DNA of 63,730 bases, the filler included, from Octopus bimaculoides (lineage: Eukaryota): the NCBI RefSeq assembly GCF_001194135.2. It is 6 parts of 6 records of this genome, joined end to end, with 100 filler letters (N's around TTAATTAATTAA, not from the genome) between each part and the next. Parts side by side here need not be neighbours in the genome. Positions count along the whole stretch, not along the records: positions 46,569 to 53,965 come from NC_068995.1; positions 54,066 to 62,487 come from NC_068981.1; positions 62,588 to 63,730 come from NC_069010.1; 3 more parts are not named here. One strand, given 5' to 3'. Below the pieces are notes generated by a model. The model saw nothing but the letters and a program-made list of their open reading frames with translations, made no database searches and was not told the DNA's origin. Both the position numbers and the translations under genes were made by a program. Positions 52,066-63,730 of this stretch are shown in pieces (the stretch's first letter is position 1; the number at the start of each line of letters is the position of its first letter).

Positions 52066-53348
52066 TTATACATGTTTTTCTACTTTGAGCGAGAACCTAA
52101 TAATACATGTATGAACATCCCTTGAACATTTTTGCTTTATTATTTTTCATTGGCTTTGCTTTATATATATATAAGCACATACTTATATATTATATAAAAG
52201 TTATATAACTACAATTATGTGATAATGATTATTATTATTATTATCATTGTCATTATAATCACTGTTATTATTATTATGATTATATCATGAAAATTATTAT
52301 ATTTATTTTGCTGGCTGTGATGGAAAGTGTCAGCTGGCCACACTCGGAACACTAAGATTACAATTATTCACTGATCATGTTTCAATAAACTATGGAGGAC
52401 ACATGCTATTCCAAAACATGATGATTTTTGCTTGAAATAAACAAAGACATAACGTAGGTGAACTTCTACAATCCTAACACACCTACAAGTGAAGACAAAG
52501 ACTGGTATAGATTGTATTGGTTTGTCATACCTGGAACTTATCATATCAGTTCCCTTTGCCGAGCCACTAGGATACAAGGACATAAATTACACCAATACCA
52601 AGTTGTCAAGCGGTGGTGTAGGACAAATTCTGTCACAAAGACACATACTCACCCCCCCCCCNNNNNNNNNNNNNNNNNNNNNNNNNNNNNNNNNNNNNNN
52701 NNNNNNNNNNNNNNNNNNNNNNNNNNNNNNNNNNNNNNNNNNNNNNNNNNNNNNNNNNNNNNNNNNNNNNNNNNNNNNNNNNNNNNNNNNNNNNNNNNNN
52801 NNNNNNNNNNNNNNNNNNNNNNNNNNNNNNNNNNNNNNNNNNNNNNNNNNNNNNNNNNNNNNNNNNNNNNNNNNNNNNNNNNNNNNNNNNNNNNNNNNNN
52901 NNNNNNNNNNNNNNNNNNNNNNNNNNNNNNNNNNNNNNNNNNNNNNNNNNNNNNNNNNNNNNNNNNNNNNNNNNNNNNNNNNNNNNNNNNNNNNNNNNNN
53001 NNNNNNNNNNNNNNNNNNNNNNNNNNNNNNNNNNNNNNNNNNNNNNNNNNNNNNNNNNNNNNNNNNNNNNNNNNNNNNNNNNNNNNNNNNNNNNNNNNNN
53101 NNNNNNNNNNNNNNNNNNNNNNNNNNNNNNNNNNNNNNNNNNNNNNNNNNNNNNNNNNNNNNNNNNNNNNNNNNNNNNNNNNNNNNNNNNNNNNNNNNNN
53201 NNNNNNNNNNNNNNNNNNNNNNNNNNNNNNNNNNNNNNNNNNNNNNNNNNNNNNNNNNNNNNNNNNNNNNNNNNNNNNNNNNNNNNNNNNNNNNNNNNNN
53301 NNNNNNNNNNNNNNNNNNNNNNNNNNNNNNNNNNNNNNNNNNNNNNNN

Positions 53349-53590
53349 CGGGGCGCCGCCTGGCCGACCGATTCGCGGAACACCTCCGAGACATCAACGT
53401 CGGCAATGACACCCCGGTGTCACGCCACTTCCGTTCTGCCGGCCACTCCTTACGGCAACACCTGTCTGTGTTTGGATTGTCCATGCACAGGGGCCATCCC
53501 GACTCCCGTTTGCGCCGTGAACAGGGATTAATCTTCTATCTTCGCTCCTTTGCGACACATGGGCTCAACTCCCCTCCACTCTTCATCTAA
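53349..53590 (+). mobile_element. Penelope-like element, GIY-YIG endonuclease C-terminus (uninterrupted); upstream part in gap
   Basis: GRRLADRFAEHLRDINVGNDTPVSRHFRSAGHSLRQHLSVFGLSMHRGHPDSRLRREQGLIFYLRSFATHGLNSPPLFI*, 79 codons with no stop or frameshift. Confidence 0.9.
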
Positions 53591-53689
53591 CCCCCTCCTC
53601 CTGTCTCTCTCCAACACCCACCCTCCCTACTACCACCCATCTCTCCCCTCCCCCACATCCTGCTCCGACTCCTACTTCTTTGTACGTCT

Positions 53690-53965
53690 CTTCACCTCTC
53701 TTCATTCCTACTTCTCTTCCTACTTCTCTTCATTCCTACTTCTCTTCCCACTTCTCTTCCTACTTCTCTTCACTCCAATTTCTCTTCCTACTTCTCTTCA
53801 CTCCAACTTCTCTTCCTACTTCTCTCCACTCCCACTTCTCTTCACCCCTACTCTTTCTCTCCTCTCTCTTACTCTCTCTCACTCTCTTCTCTCGTACTCC
53901 CCCTCTCTCACTCTTACTCTCTACACTCTTACTCTCCTAATCTCTACACTCTTACTCTCTTACTC
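53690..53965. repeat. Pyrimidine-rich minisatellite built from CTTCTCTTCCTA / CTTCTCTTCACTCCA units
   Basis: Direct reading. Lies just downstream of the PLE stop codon. Confidence 0.85.
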
Positions 53966-54065
53966 NNNNNNNNNNNNNNNNNNNNNNNNNNNNNNNNNNN
54001 NNNNNNNNNTTAATTAATTAANNNNNNNNNNNNNNNNNNNNNNNNNNNNNNNNNNNNNNNNNNNN

Positions 54066-54127
<62 letters not shown>

Positions 54128-54558
54128 TATATGTATATGTGTGCGTGTGTGTGAAGGCAACATTTTGCACTAAATCTAATAAAACTCAGGCAATGTGACC
54201 AGTGGCTGTAATTTTTCTGAAAAAACAGGTTATAAATAAATTATATGATGAATCGTATCTTATATCAAACACAATAAATTTGATCCATCAAACCCCGAAC
54301 AACCGAAAGTATAAAAACAGTGGAGGTTAATATATAAAAAAGAAGAACGAAATTGTAAAGAAATCAAAACACCTTTAATATTAACAAACATTTAATCTGG
54401 TTCTAAGCAAATATACAAAACAAATGCAATAGCTAAAAAAGACATTCGTAGTTTTTCACAGGGACGAATATATAGCATGGTTTACAGAAATTGTAAGTTT
54501 TCGTAAAATTATTAATTGAACTCCTGAGATATACATTATCTCGAAAATCAAATCAAAT

Positions 54559-54600
<42 letters not shown>

Positions 54601-56051
54601 AACATACAAACACACATATATGTGTATATATATATGTATGTATTTATAGAGATATACATACACAAACACACATATGTATATGAATATATATGTATGTATG
54701 TATACACGTATGTATGTATATGTGAGTATATATACATATATATATGCATATACATATGTATGTATATATAGTATCTATATGATTTACATACGTATATATA
54801 TATGTCGGTGTGTGTGTGTGTGTGCGTGTGCGTGCGTGTGTGTGCGTGCGTTTGGCTGTAGGTGTGTGTTTGGGTGTAGATGTGTGTATGGTGTAGTTAT
54901 GTGTCTTGGTGTAGGTTTTTGTGTATATTTGGAGAACATGTGTAATATACATTATATATTGGACTTGTTCTATGCGCGTGCTTGCATGTATATGTGTGTG
55001 CCTGCATGCTTATGATTCTGCATGTGTATGTATGTGTGTTTCCAAACACGAACAAACACACAAATACACACATCAATATACACATTCATATATGTATATT
55101 CATACATATGTATATAGGTGTAAATATTATAATACATACACTTATAAATATACATGTGTTTATATATATATATATCCATATATTTATGCATACGTACGTG
55201 TATGNNNNNNNNNNNNNNNNNNNNNNNNNNNNNNNNNNNNNNNNNNNNNNNNNNNNNNNNNNNNNNNNNNNNNNNNNNNNNNNNNNNNNNNNNNNNNNNN
55301 NNNNNNNNNNNNNNNNNNNNNNNNNNNNNNNNNNNNNNNNNNNNNNNNNNNNNNNNNNNNNNNNNNNNNNNNNNNNNNNNNNNNNNNNNNNNNNNNNNNN
55401 NNNNNNNNNNNNNNNNNNNNNNNNNNNNNNNNNNNNNNNNNNNNNNNNNNNNNNNNNNNNNNNNNNNNNNNNNNNNNNNNNNNNNNNNNNNNNNNNNNNN
55501 NNNNNNNNNNNNNNNNNNNNNNNNNNNNNNNNNNNNNNNNNNNNNNNNNNNNNNNNNNNNNNNNNNNNNNNNNNNNNNNNNNNNNNNNNNNNNNNNNNNN
55601 NNNNNNNNNNNNNNNNNNNNNNNNNNNNNNNNNNNNNNNNNNNNNNNNNNNNNNNNNNNNNNNNNNNNNNNNNNNNNNNNNNNNNNNNNNNNNNNNNNNN
55701 NNNNNNNNNNNNNNNNNNNNNNNNNNNNNNNNNNNNNNNNNNNNNNNNNNNNNNNNNNNNNNNNNNNNNNNNNNNNNNNNNNNNNNNNNNNNNNNNNNNN
55801 NNNNNNNNNNNNNNNNNNNNNNNNNNNNNNNNNNNNNNNNNNNNNNNNNNNNNNNNNNNNNNNNATACATGTATATATATATATATGTATATATGTATAT
55901 ACATACATACATGTATATATATATATATGTGTGTATGTGTGTGTGTGTATGTGTGTATTTATATACACACAAATTTACAGACATCTAAACCGGTATGTAC
56001 ATCTCTTGGTGTAAATATCACAAAACGGATATGCATATATATGCCTATTTT

Positions 56052-56082
<31 letters not shown>

Positions 56083-56101
56083 GCACGCACACACACACAC
56101 G

Positions 56102-56146
<45 letters not shown>

Positions 56147-56566
56147 CTGCACACAGACTTATCTCTGTGCTTACATACTTGGACACACACATACATATAT
56201 GTGAGATATGTATGTTTGTATGTATATATACACACACACATAGATATATATATATATGTATATATTATGTGTATGCACATGAATATATGTCCATATATAT
56301 TTTTGTAAGTCTATATTTATATGTGTGCTTACGAGTATATATGTGTGTGAGTGTGAGAAGCTTTACATGGACATATATATATATATATATGCATTTAAAA
56401 TGAGTGATTTAAAGAACGTAAAATAGACTAACTTTCACCAAATAAATTACTCAATATATTTGTAGAGTATAACATGTATTTTAATTTGCTGAAATTAAAC
56501 GTGAGGTGTATATCCAGTCTGTCAGACTGAATTAAGCATTCATTATGTCACAGTTGACTTAAAACA

Positions 56567-56598
<32 letters not shown>

Positions 56599-56605
56599 AT
56601 GTATA

Positions 56606-56712
<107 letters not shown>

Positions 56713-56961
56713 GTGTGTGTGTGGATACGTATATACATACATGACTTTATGTATGTATATATATATAAAATTTATGTGTGCGTATGTGTGCCGGTCTGTC
56801 CGTGTATGTGTATGTACATATATATATATATATACATACATATGTATATATATATATATTTCAAGTATATATATTTGTGTATTCATACATTACTTTCCAT
56901 GTATATACATATACATGCACGTACAAATATATATTATACATATGTGTGTGTGTGTATGTGT

Positions 56962-56993
<32 letters not shown>

Positions 56994-57121
56994 ACATACG
57001 TGTACATGAACACACATACACACACACACATAGATATTATATAAATAATAAATATATATGCATATATACACACACTTACATGTACATGCCTACATATATT
57101 TGTATATATACATGCATATAT

Positions 57122-57448
57122 GGGTACAGGATGTAAAAAAAAAACGTGAACAAAATGAGAAACGTGAACATAAAAAACAAAAGCATGGAAAACGAACTTT
57201 TTTTCGAACAACGAAAGAAACAAATAGAGAAACGAGACAGGCAACATAAAGAACATTCCCTTCATCAGTCGTCCCCTGTTTTATCTACTCCGCGTTTCGA
57301 AGTCCCTACCTTAGAAACGCGCGAGTTCTTTATGTTGCCTGTTTCTCTACTTGTTTCTTTCGTTGTTCGAATATGTTCGTTTCCCATTCTTTTGCTTTTA
57401 ATGTTCTCGCTTCTCATTTTGTTCACGTTTATTTGACGTCCTGTACCC
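57122..57448. mobile_element. Fold-back MITE with about 130-bp TIRs, possibly ISL2EU-type
   Basis: Arms 57122-57254 and 57325-57448 are clear reverse complements (GGGTACAGGA...GCAACATAAAGAAC). Flanked by AT on both sides. Confidence 0.88.
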
Positions 57449-60400
57449 ATTTATGCGGGTATATATACATATATATGTAGGCATGTACGTGTATGTGTGT
57501 ATGTATGCATATATATATTATTTATATTATTATATGATCGAACGCCACACATCTATTTCCAAGTGTATAAATATATATATATATATATATATANNNNNNN
57601 NNNNNNNNNNNNNNNNNNNNNNNNNNNNNNNNNNNNNNNNNNNNNNNNNNNNNNNNNNNNNNNNNNNNNNNNNNNNNNNNNNNNNNNNNNNNNNNNNNNN
57701 NNNNNNNNNNNNNNNNNNNNNNNNNNNNNNNNNNNNNNNNNNNNNNNNNNNNNNNNNNNNNNNNNNNNNNNNNNNNNNNNNNNNNNNNNNNNNNNNNNNN
57801 NNNNNNNNNNNNNNNNNNNNNNNNNNNNNNNNNNNNNNNNNNNNNNNNNNNNNNNNNNNNNNNNNNNNNNNNNNNNNNNNNNNNNTATATATATATATAT
57901 ATTAGTTTTATTTATAAGGGATTTGTTATGTTTCAAAGGAATCGAATAATTTAACCGCAGTATTTGGGCATACAGCACCCGATCCATTCCTTGCAATATT
58001 CTTCTATTAATTATTTGTTCGCTTTATCTTGTATTTATCATAACCGTTTCGTACTTCGCATATCTTCTCAATATTTTACAAAACTTTGCTCGATTGGTCC
58101 TGGTATTCAAAGATTCGTTAGATTATACTGTGATGTTTTCTGTTTTTTTTTCTTTCAGAAATAAAGTAGTGTTGTTATAATCGTAACAGTATGAAGGATC
58201 AAGTACATTGATTTTGAGATCCATAACAAAATGCTAATTATGACTTCGTATTTTGTAATAAAGAACTGTTTAGTAAACGTTTCAGTTTCTATAAACAATA
58301 TCTCTAAAGTGTATGAAAAATGTTTTTCTAGCATGTATATTCCGGTAGTCCTTTATATTTGCACAACCATTTGATCAACCGATCTTCAAACTTCTTTTAT
58401 TCATATCCGTGAAGATCGAAGATAAACTGGTCAAAATATTATATAAACATAAAAGCTATCAGATACTGAAAATATTTAGTCCAAACTTAATTTCATTTAA
58501 CTGGGTGTAAAATATATTTCAAGACAAGTGCTGAAAACTTGGTTCCTGGGGAATTAATGCCTTCCCTAAATGCGTTAGTGCCGTAACTGAAGTTGCAATC
58601 ACTTCAACCGAGATTTGGTATTGTGTTGCGGTCCCGACTCCCAGTGTCATAACATTCACTCGTTGCCATCGACCATTATTTGTCTTTACATTTATTTTTA
58701 CATTGCCATTAAGCCAAGAGATATTTTGAGAGGAAGCACAGTTGATTACACCAATATCAGTAAATAAAAAGAAAAAAACGTAACGTATCTCAGTGTCACT
58801 AGGCATTTTTCCGCCACCGAACCTATTTGCAAATCAGCACCCTTCCGTTTAATTTGGTATTACATCTAAAACATTTGAAAATGAATTAAACTTATAACTG
58901 TCTACTAAGCGAGAAAATTAATAAAAATGTCATATCAATAAATAGTTCTAATATGAAACGTTTTCTAGAACATTCTTTATTAATTTTATTTTTTATTTTA
59001 AATTTGAAGAGAAAACGAGAATTAGAATGAAATCTATAACAAATATAACTGTTCAATAATTATGACAAAAGTACATTAGAAACACCGGTTCTCTTTAGAT
59101 CACAGAGGTAATGCAGAACTAAGTCTGCTTGGTACTAAATAGTGGACCATGCTAAAATATCAGATTGTGAACGTTTCTCTCCTTTAAAGGAAAGGAATCC
59201 ACTAAACTGTAACAAGCGAGAGATCCTCTTTCTGATAACCATCAAAGCTGCCTCAGTCATCTGGAAAAGATTGCAGCGCAAGTCAACTCATATGAACTGC
59301 TGGATAAAAAACTGACAAAATGTATGTCAAACTTTCAGTTGTTACTGTTGACTTCAAGCAATATTCCATTGTTGTCACTGCTGTTTTTATTATCTGCTTC
59401 TTTTGAGTTCATCTTTGTTTTATTTTCGAGCAAAAGTTGATGGGTTAAAATTTATGAAAGAAAGATGAGACAAAACATCGATTTTTTTTTTTTTAACTGA
59501 ACCACTGAAATGTCCAAGCTCCATATCAGAAGGGGACTTCAGTTAGAGCATGAATCCTGAAAGACAGTTAGAAGAATGCCAACCAATACATTTTAAATTT
59601 CAAGCCATATTTCATGTTCTCTCCGAAAGTGGATACAGAACAATTCTGTTTTTGTTCATTTCATGAGACGATTTGTATAGGAAGGTAATATAGTTCGTTT
59701 GTTTTTGCTCGATGCATAATAGGATTTAGATATTGATTTATACAGATTTGGGATTTGTGTGTGTATACATGTTAAATTTATGCATGATTTTCTCAATAAC
59801 CAATACCTAAAATTGCATTTAATGGTGCCGCAACTATGTCGTTGTAGGCATCATCGAAGACGTATACATCATGTAAAGAAACAAGGAAGGATACACTAGT
59901 GTGGATTCCTGTTACATTCTCCAGACTCATTAGAGGATTTGAACTCAGCACTGCCAGAAGTCAATGAAATACTCATCAATTATATGGTACTTCCGCTGCT
60001 CTCAGCATTAAGCTGTGCTCATGATACCTATTTACAGTTATGTAGAGAGAGTCAGCAAGAGTTGAATGTTTCTTGTTATGGATACAAAGCTGGGGCATCA
60101 ATTCAACCAGCTTGAGACTCCACGAAACGGCATGAGTATATTTCACGAGAGATTCCCTGATGCAGTTGTTATTCATTAGATTTTTTTTTCTTTGCTTTGT
60201 GCATCGATGACATTGCGAATGACATATGATGTGTTCTATTCAAATCGTTAAGAGGTTAAATTGAGAGAGAAAAAGAACAGTCAACATTTTTTTTTAATAT
60301 TTCATCCGATGACAAATATTTCAGACGCAATTACTTAGATGACGGTATCCAGAGCACCAGATAAAATAAACCCCAAGATCACATTCTATAGCTTCCTTTC

Positions 60401-60461
60401 ATTTCGTTTTTTTTTTTTGCTTTACATGCATACACACACGCACACACACATATATTCATAT

Positions 60462-60492
<31 letters not shown>

Positions 60493-62627
60493 NNNNNNNN
60501 NNNNNNNNNNNNNNNNNNNNNNNNNNNNNNNNNNNNNNNNNNNNNNNNNNNNNNNNNNNNNNNNNNNNNNNNNNNNNNNNNNNNNNNNNNNNNNNNNNNN
60601 NNNNNNNNNNNNNNNNNNNNNNNNNNNNNNNNNNNNNNNNNNNNNNNNNNNNNNNNNNNNNNNNNNNNNNNNNNNNNNNNNNNNNNNNNNNNNNNNNNNN
60701 NNNNNNNNNNNNNNNNNNNNNNNNNNNNNNNNNNNNNNNNNNNNNNNNNNNNNNNNNNNNNNNNNNNNNNNNNNNNNNNNNNNNNNNNNNNNNNNNNNNN
60801 NNNNNNNNNNNNNNNNNNNNNNNNNNNNNNNNNNNNNNNNNNNNNNNNNNNNNNNNNNNNNNNNNNNNNNNNNNNNNNNNNNNNNNNNNNNNNNNNNNNN
60901 NNNNNNNNNNNNNNNNNNNNNNNNNNNNNNNNNNNNNNNNNNNNNNNNNNNNNNNNNNNNNNNNNNNNNNNNNNNNNNNNNNNNNNNNNNNNNNNNNNNN
61001 NNNNNNNNNNNNNNNNNNNNNNNNNNNNNNNNNNNNNNNNNNNNNNNNNNNNNNNNNNNNNNNNNNNNNNNNNNNNNNNNNNNNNNNNNNNNNNNNNNNN
61101 NNNNNNNNNNNNNNNNNNNNNNNNNNNNNNNNNNNNNNNNNNNNNNNNNNNNNNNNNNNNNNNNNNNNNNNNNNNNNNNNNNNNNNNNNNNNNNNNNNNN
61201 NNNNNNNNNNNNNNNNNNNNNNNNNNNNNNNNNNNNNNNNNNNNNNNNNNNNNNNNNNNNNNNNNNNNNNNNNNNNNNNNNNNNNNNNNNNNNNNNNGGA
61301 GGAGGAGGAGGAGGAGGAGGGATGATAGAAAAATGGAGAATGAAGATTTAGTGGTCTTAGTTCTATTTTCAACAAAGTGCTTTTATGGCCTTTAATCATA
61401 TGTGATAATTTTTTTTAACTCACTGAAAACACTGTATATTCGTTTTGCAGTATCCACTTTAGTATGGCTATGGTAATGGTAGGATTGTTCAAACAGTAAT
61501 ACAATGTGAGCGTTTCTATCATGTTCCAATGCCATATGAGGTCTTGAAAATAGCACTCACTGCAAGCTAACGAAAACATTCGTTAGCTAAGAGTACTCTA
61601 ACCACTCGATGTGAGTTAATTCTATCTATCCAACATACGTAACTTAACAAAGGCAAGATCAATACCACTAGTTGAAGTGAACCGACTTACACGAAGAAAG
61701 TGCAATCGTGACAGAAGGTACAATGTCAGTTCTTCAGGCAAGAGTCCGACACCTTGTCGATTCAGATGGCAGCGAATCTAGACTGCATTTCTTACCAGAT
61801 TGCTAAAGAAACGGGATATCACATGCGAATCCATTAAAATTTAATCATATGAATAAATAATTTTTTTATAAAGAATATTTTGACCACTTTGTTAGTAAAT
61901 TTGTTTTCTTTTTTTTTTGTTTGTTTTCATTTTTATTTTCAATTTTCATTTGTTTCTATTTTATTTATTTATTTTTTTTTCATGTGAAACATAGAAATAT
62001 AATAATCTTTATATGAAAAAAGAGGTGTTAAAATATAACATCGAGGAATATTTGTTACGTAACCACAACAAAACATGCAATAAACATTTTCTGGTTGTTT
62101 TCAGAATTAGAACCATACTGAATAACATAATAGTTCCATTTTAATTACAATATACTGCGCATAGCATTTGGGGTGAGATGGGGTAAATGATGTAATGTAG
62201 AATTGAAATTTAAAGAAAGAAACTCAGCCTTTTAAGATTGCATGATTATATTCATTGCGTTTGTTAAAGTTATTCTCGTTCTGAAAATGTTAATTTATTG
62301 ATCACTGTAATTTCTTATGTCAGCTAAGTTAGAAGGGTATGTTTGCATGTATACACTTAGTGCATGTCTGCATATCTATGTATGTGCATATGTGTAATTT
62401 TCTTAATATGTATACATACGTGCGTATGTGAATTATAGTTGTATTTATGTATATATGCATATGTACATATATATATATATATATATANNNNNNNNNNNNN
62501 NNNNNNNNNNNNNNNNNNNNNNNNNNNNNNNTTAATTAATTAANNNNNNNNNNNNNNNNNNNNNNNNNNNNNNNNNNNNNNNNNNNNTGCATATATATGC
62601 ATATATACATACATACACATACACATG

Positions 62628-62670
<43 letters not shown>

Positions 62671-63427
62671 TCTTACGGGTAAAATATAATGAGAGGTACC
62701 AATTTAAAGATAAATATGATAATGCCACCAAACACAACATTTATTATTCTATATGATAATAAAATTTACTTCAATGCAAATTTACTGCTCTCTCTCTCTC
62801 TCAATATATGGAATTGCAAATGTCTACAACTTCATTATCAGTGTTTATAATAAATGCTGCTCAAAGCAATAATATTTTATAGAAATTCATAGAGTCACGA
62901 TAACTTATTTCTTCAGAGAACGTTTAAAGCCTCGGATTATCTTTGCTAATTATAACATGTCTTATAACCATTTTCACTGTAGACAGAGTGAATTTATAAT
63001 CCACAAGGATGGCACATTAATGGTTTGGAAATGAGAGTCTCCACATTGTATAATAGGTTCCGTGACATAATAAAAGGTATCGGTTGGAGAAAGTTTCACA
63101 GTGTTTTGATATTTGGCTCATTATTAAATTACGGTGATGTAGAGTGTTCTGCTGAAGTTGTGGTTTGATTACACAAGTGGACAAAAGAAATTTATTGTGT
63201 TGTCAAGAAATTCGGACATGACCTAGAGGTGGTTTTGATGTACAGAATCCGAAAATATCCATTTATTATTATCTTGTGAAAATTTTAAGATACTGAATCC
63301 ACAGACAATGGATTTGTTAGTTGGATATTTCACCCTTTCATTACTGTATTTATGCTCCACACAAGCCTAAATAGAGCATTCTCAATAACAAACCACTTCA
63401 TACCATTCCTAAGAACTTTTTATATAG

Positions 63428-63730
63428 GCACAGGCATAGCTGTGTGGTAAGAGGCATGCTACCCAATTACATGGTTCCGGGTTCAGTTCCATTGCATGAC
63501 ATCTTGGGAAAGTGTCTTCTGCTTTAGCCTTGGACCAACCAAAGCCTTATGAGTGGATATGGTAGACGGAAACTGAAAGAAGCCTGTTATATATATATGT
63601 ATAGTTATATATAAATGTATATCTATGTGTGTGTCTTTGTGTCTATTGCCATCACCACCACCACCACCACCATCACCACGACCACCATCACCACCACCAC
63701 CACCACCACCACTACCACCACCGTCACCAC
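63428..63730 (+). mobile_element. SINE family B head and (ACC)n tract, running off the window
   Basis: GGCATAGCTGTGTGGTAAGAGG...ATGGTTCCGGGTTCAGTTCC...GGTAGACGGAAACTGAAAGAAGCC. Confidence 0.85.

Noticed and set aside
58519-58806. 95-aa minus-strand ORF with SWLNGNV (faintly YWTD-like)
   Set aside because: No AG acceptor after the pyrimidine tract, no core YWTD motif, and the length is within chance expectation.
59920-59990. Possible plus-strand exon DSLEDLNSALPEVNEILINYM between AG and GT
   Set aside because: No recognisable homology and no phase-consistent partner exons identified.
61565-61588. Perfect 10-bp hairpin AGCTAACGAA-AACA-TTCGTTAGCT
   Set aside because: About one such stem is expected by chance in this much AT-rich sequence, and it has no terminal motif.
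61688-61774. 29-codon minus-strand frame with LPEELTLYLLSRL (F-box-like) ending at GTAAGT
   Set aside because: Weak acceptor, very short match, and no supporting neighbouring exon.

Overview
Animal genomic DNA: AT-rich, saturated with microsatellites and fragmented by 27 N-gaps (about 9 kb of N). The SINE families and repeat landscape point to an octopus/cephalopod genome (inference; no search run). I found no intact host gene, rRNA, functional tRNA or CRISPR array. Almost every ORF in the supplied track is a microsatellite or N-gap artefact. The window holds decayed transposons: three tRNA-derived SINE families, an internally deleted RTE LINE, an RLE-type (R4/Dong-like) LINE remnant, several Penelope-like (PLE) fragments, four Tc1/mariner relics, hAT and probable ISL2EU MITEs, and non-autonomous Helitrons. 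The best leads are (1) a compact Penelope-type hammerhead ribozyme at 52027-52065, (2) a telomeric (CCCTAA/CCCTAT)n array inside inverted repeats at 14850-15140, (3) a probable decayed ankyrin+RING (Mind-bomb-like) pseudogene at about 23.9-24.95 kb, (4) a SINE interrupted by a complete Helitron and a maT-like transposon at 1.2-3.0 kb, and (5) an exon-like ORF ending at a Helitron-type 3' terminus at 28.7-29.05 kb. I see no evidence of a new multi-gene system. Five TTAATTAATTAA-in-N blocks are scaffolding linkers, so adjacency across them is uncertain.
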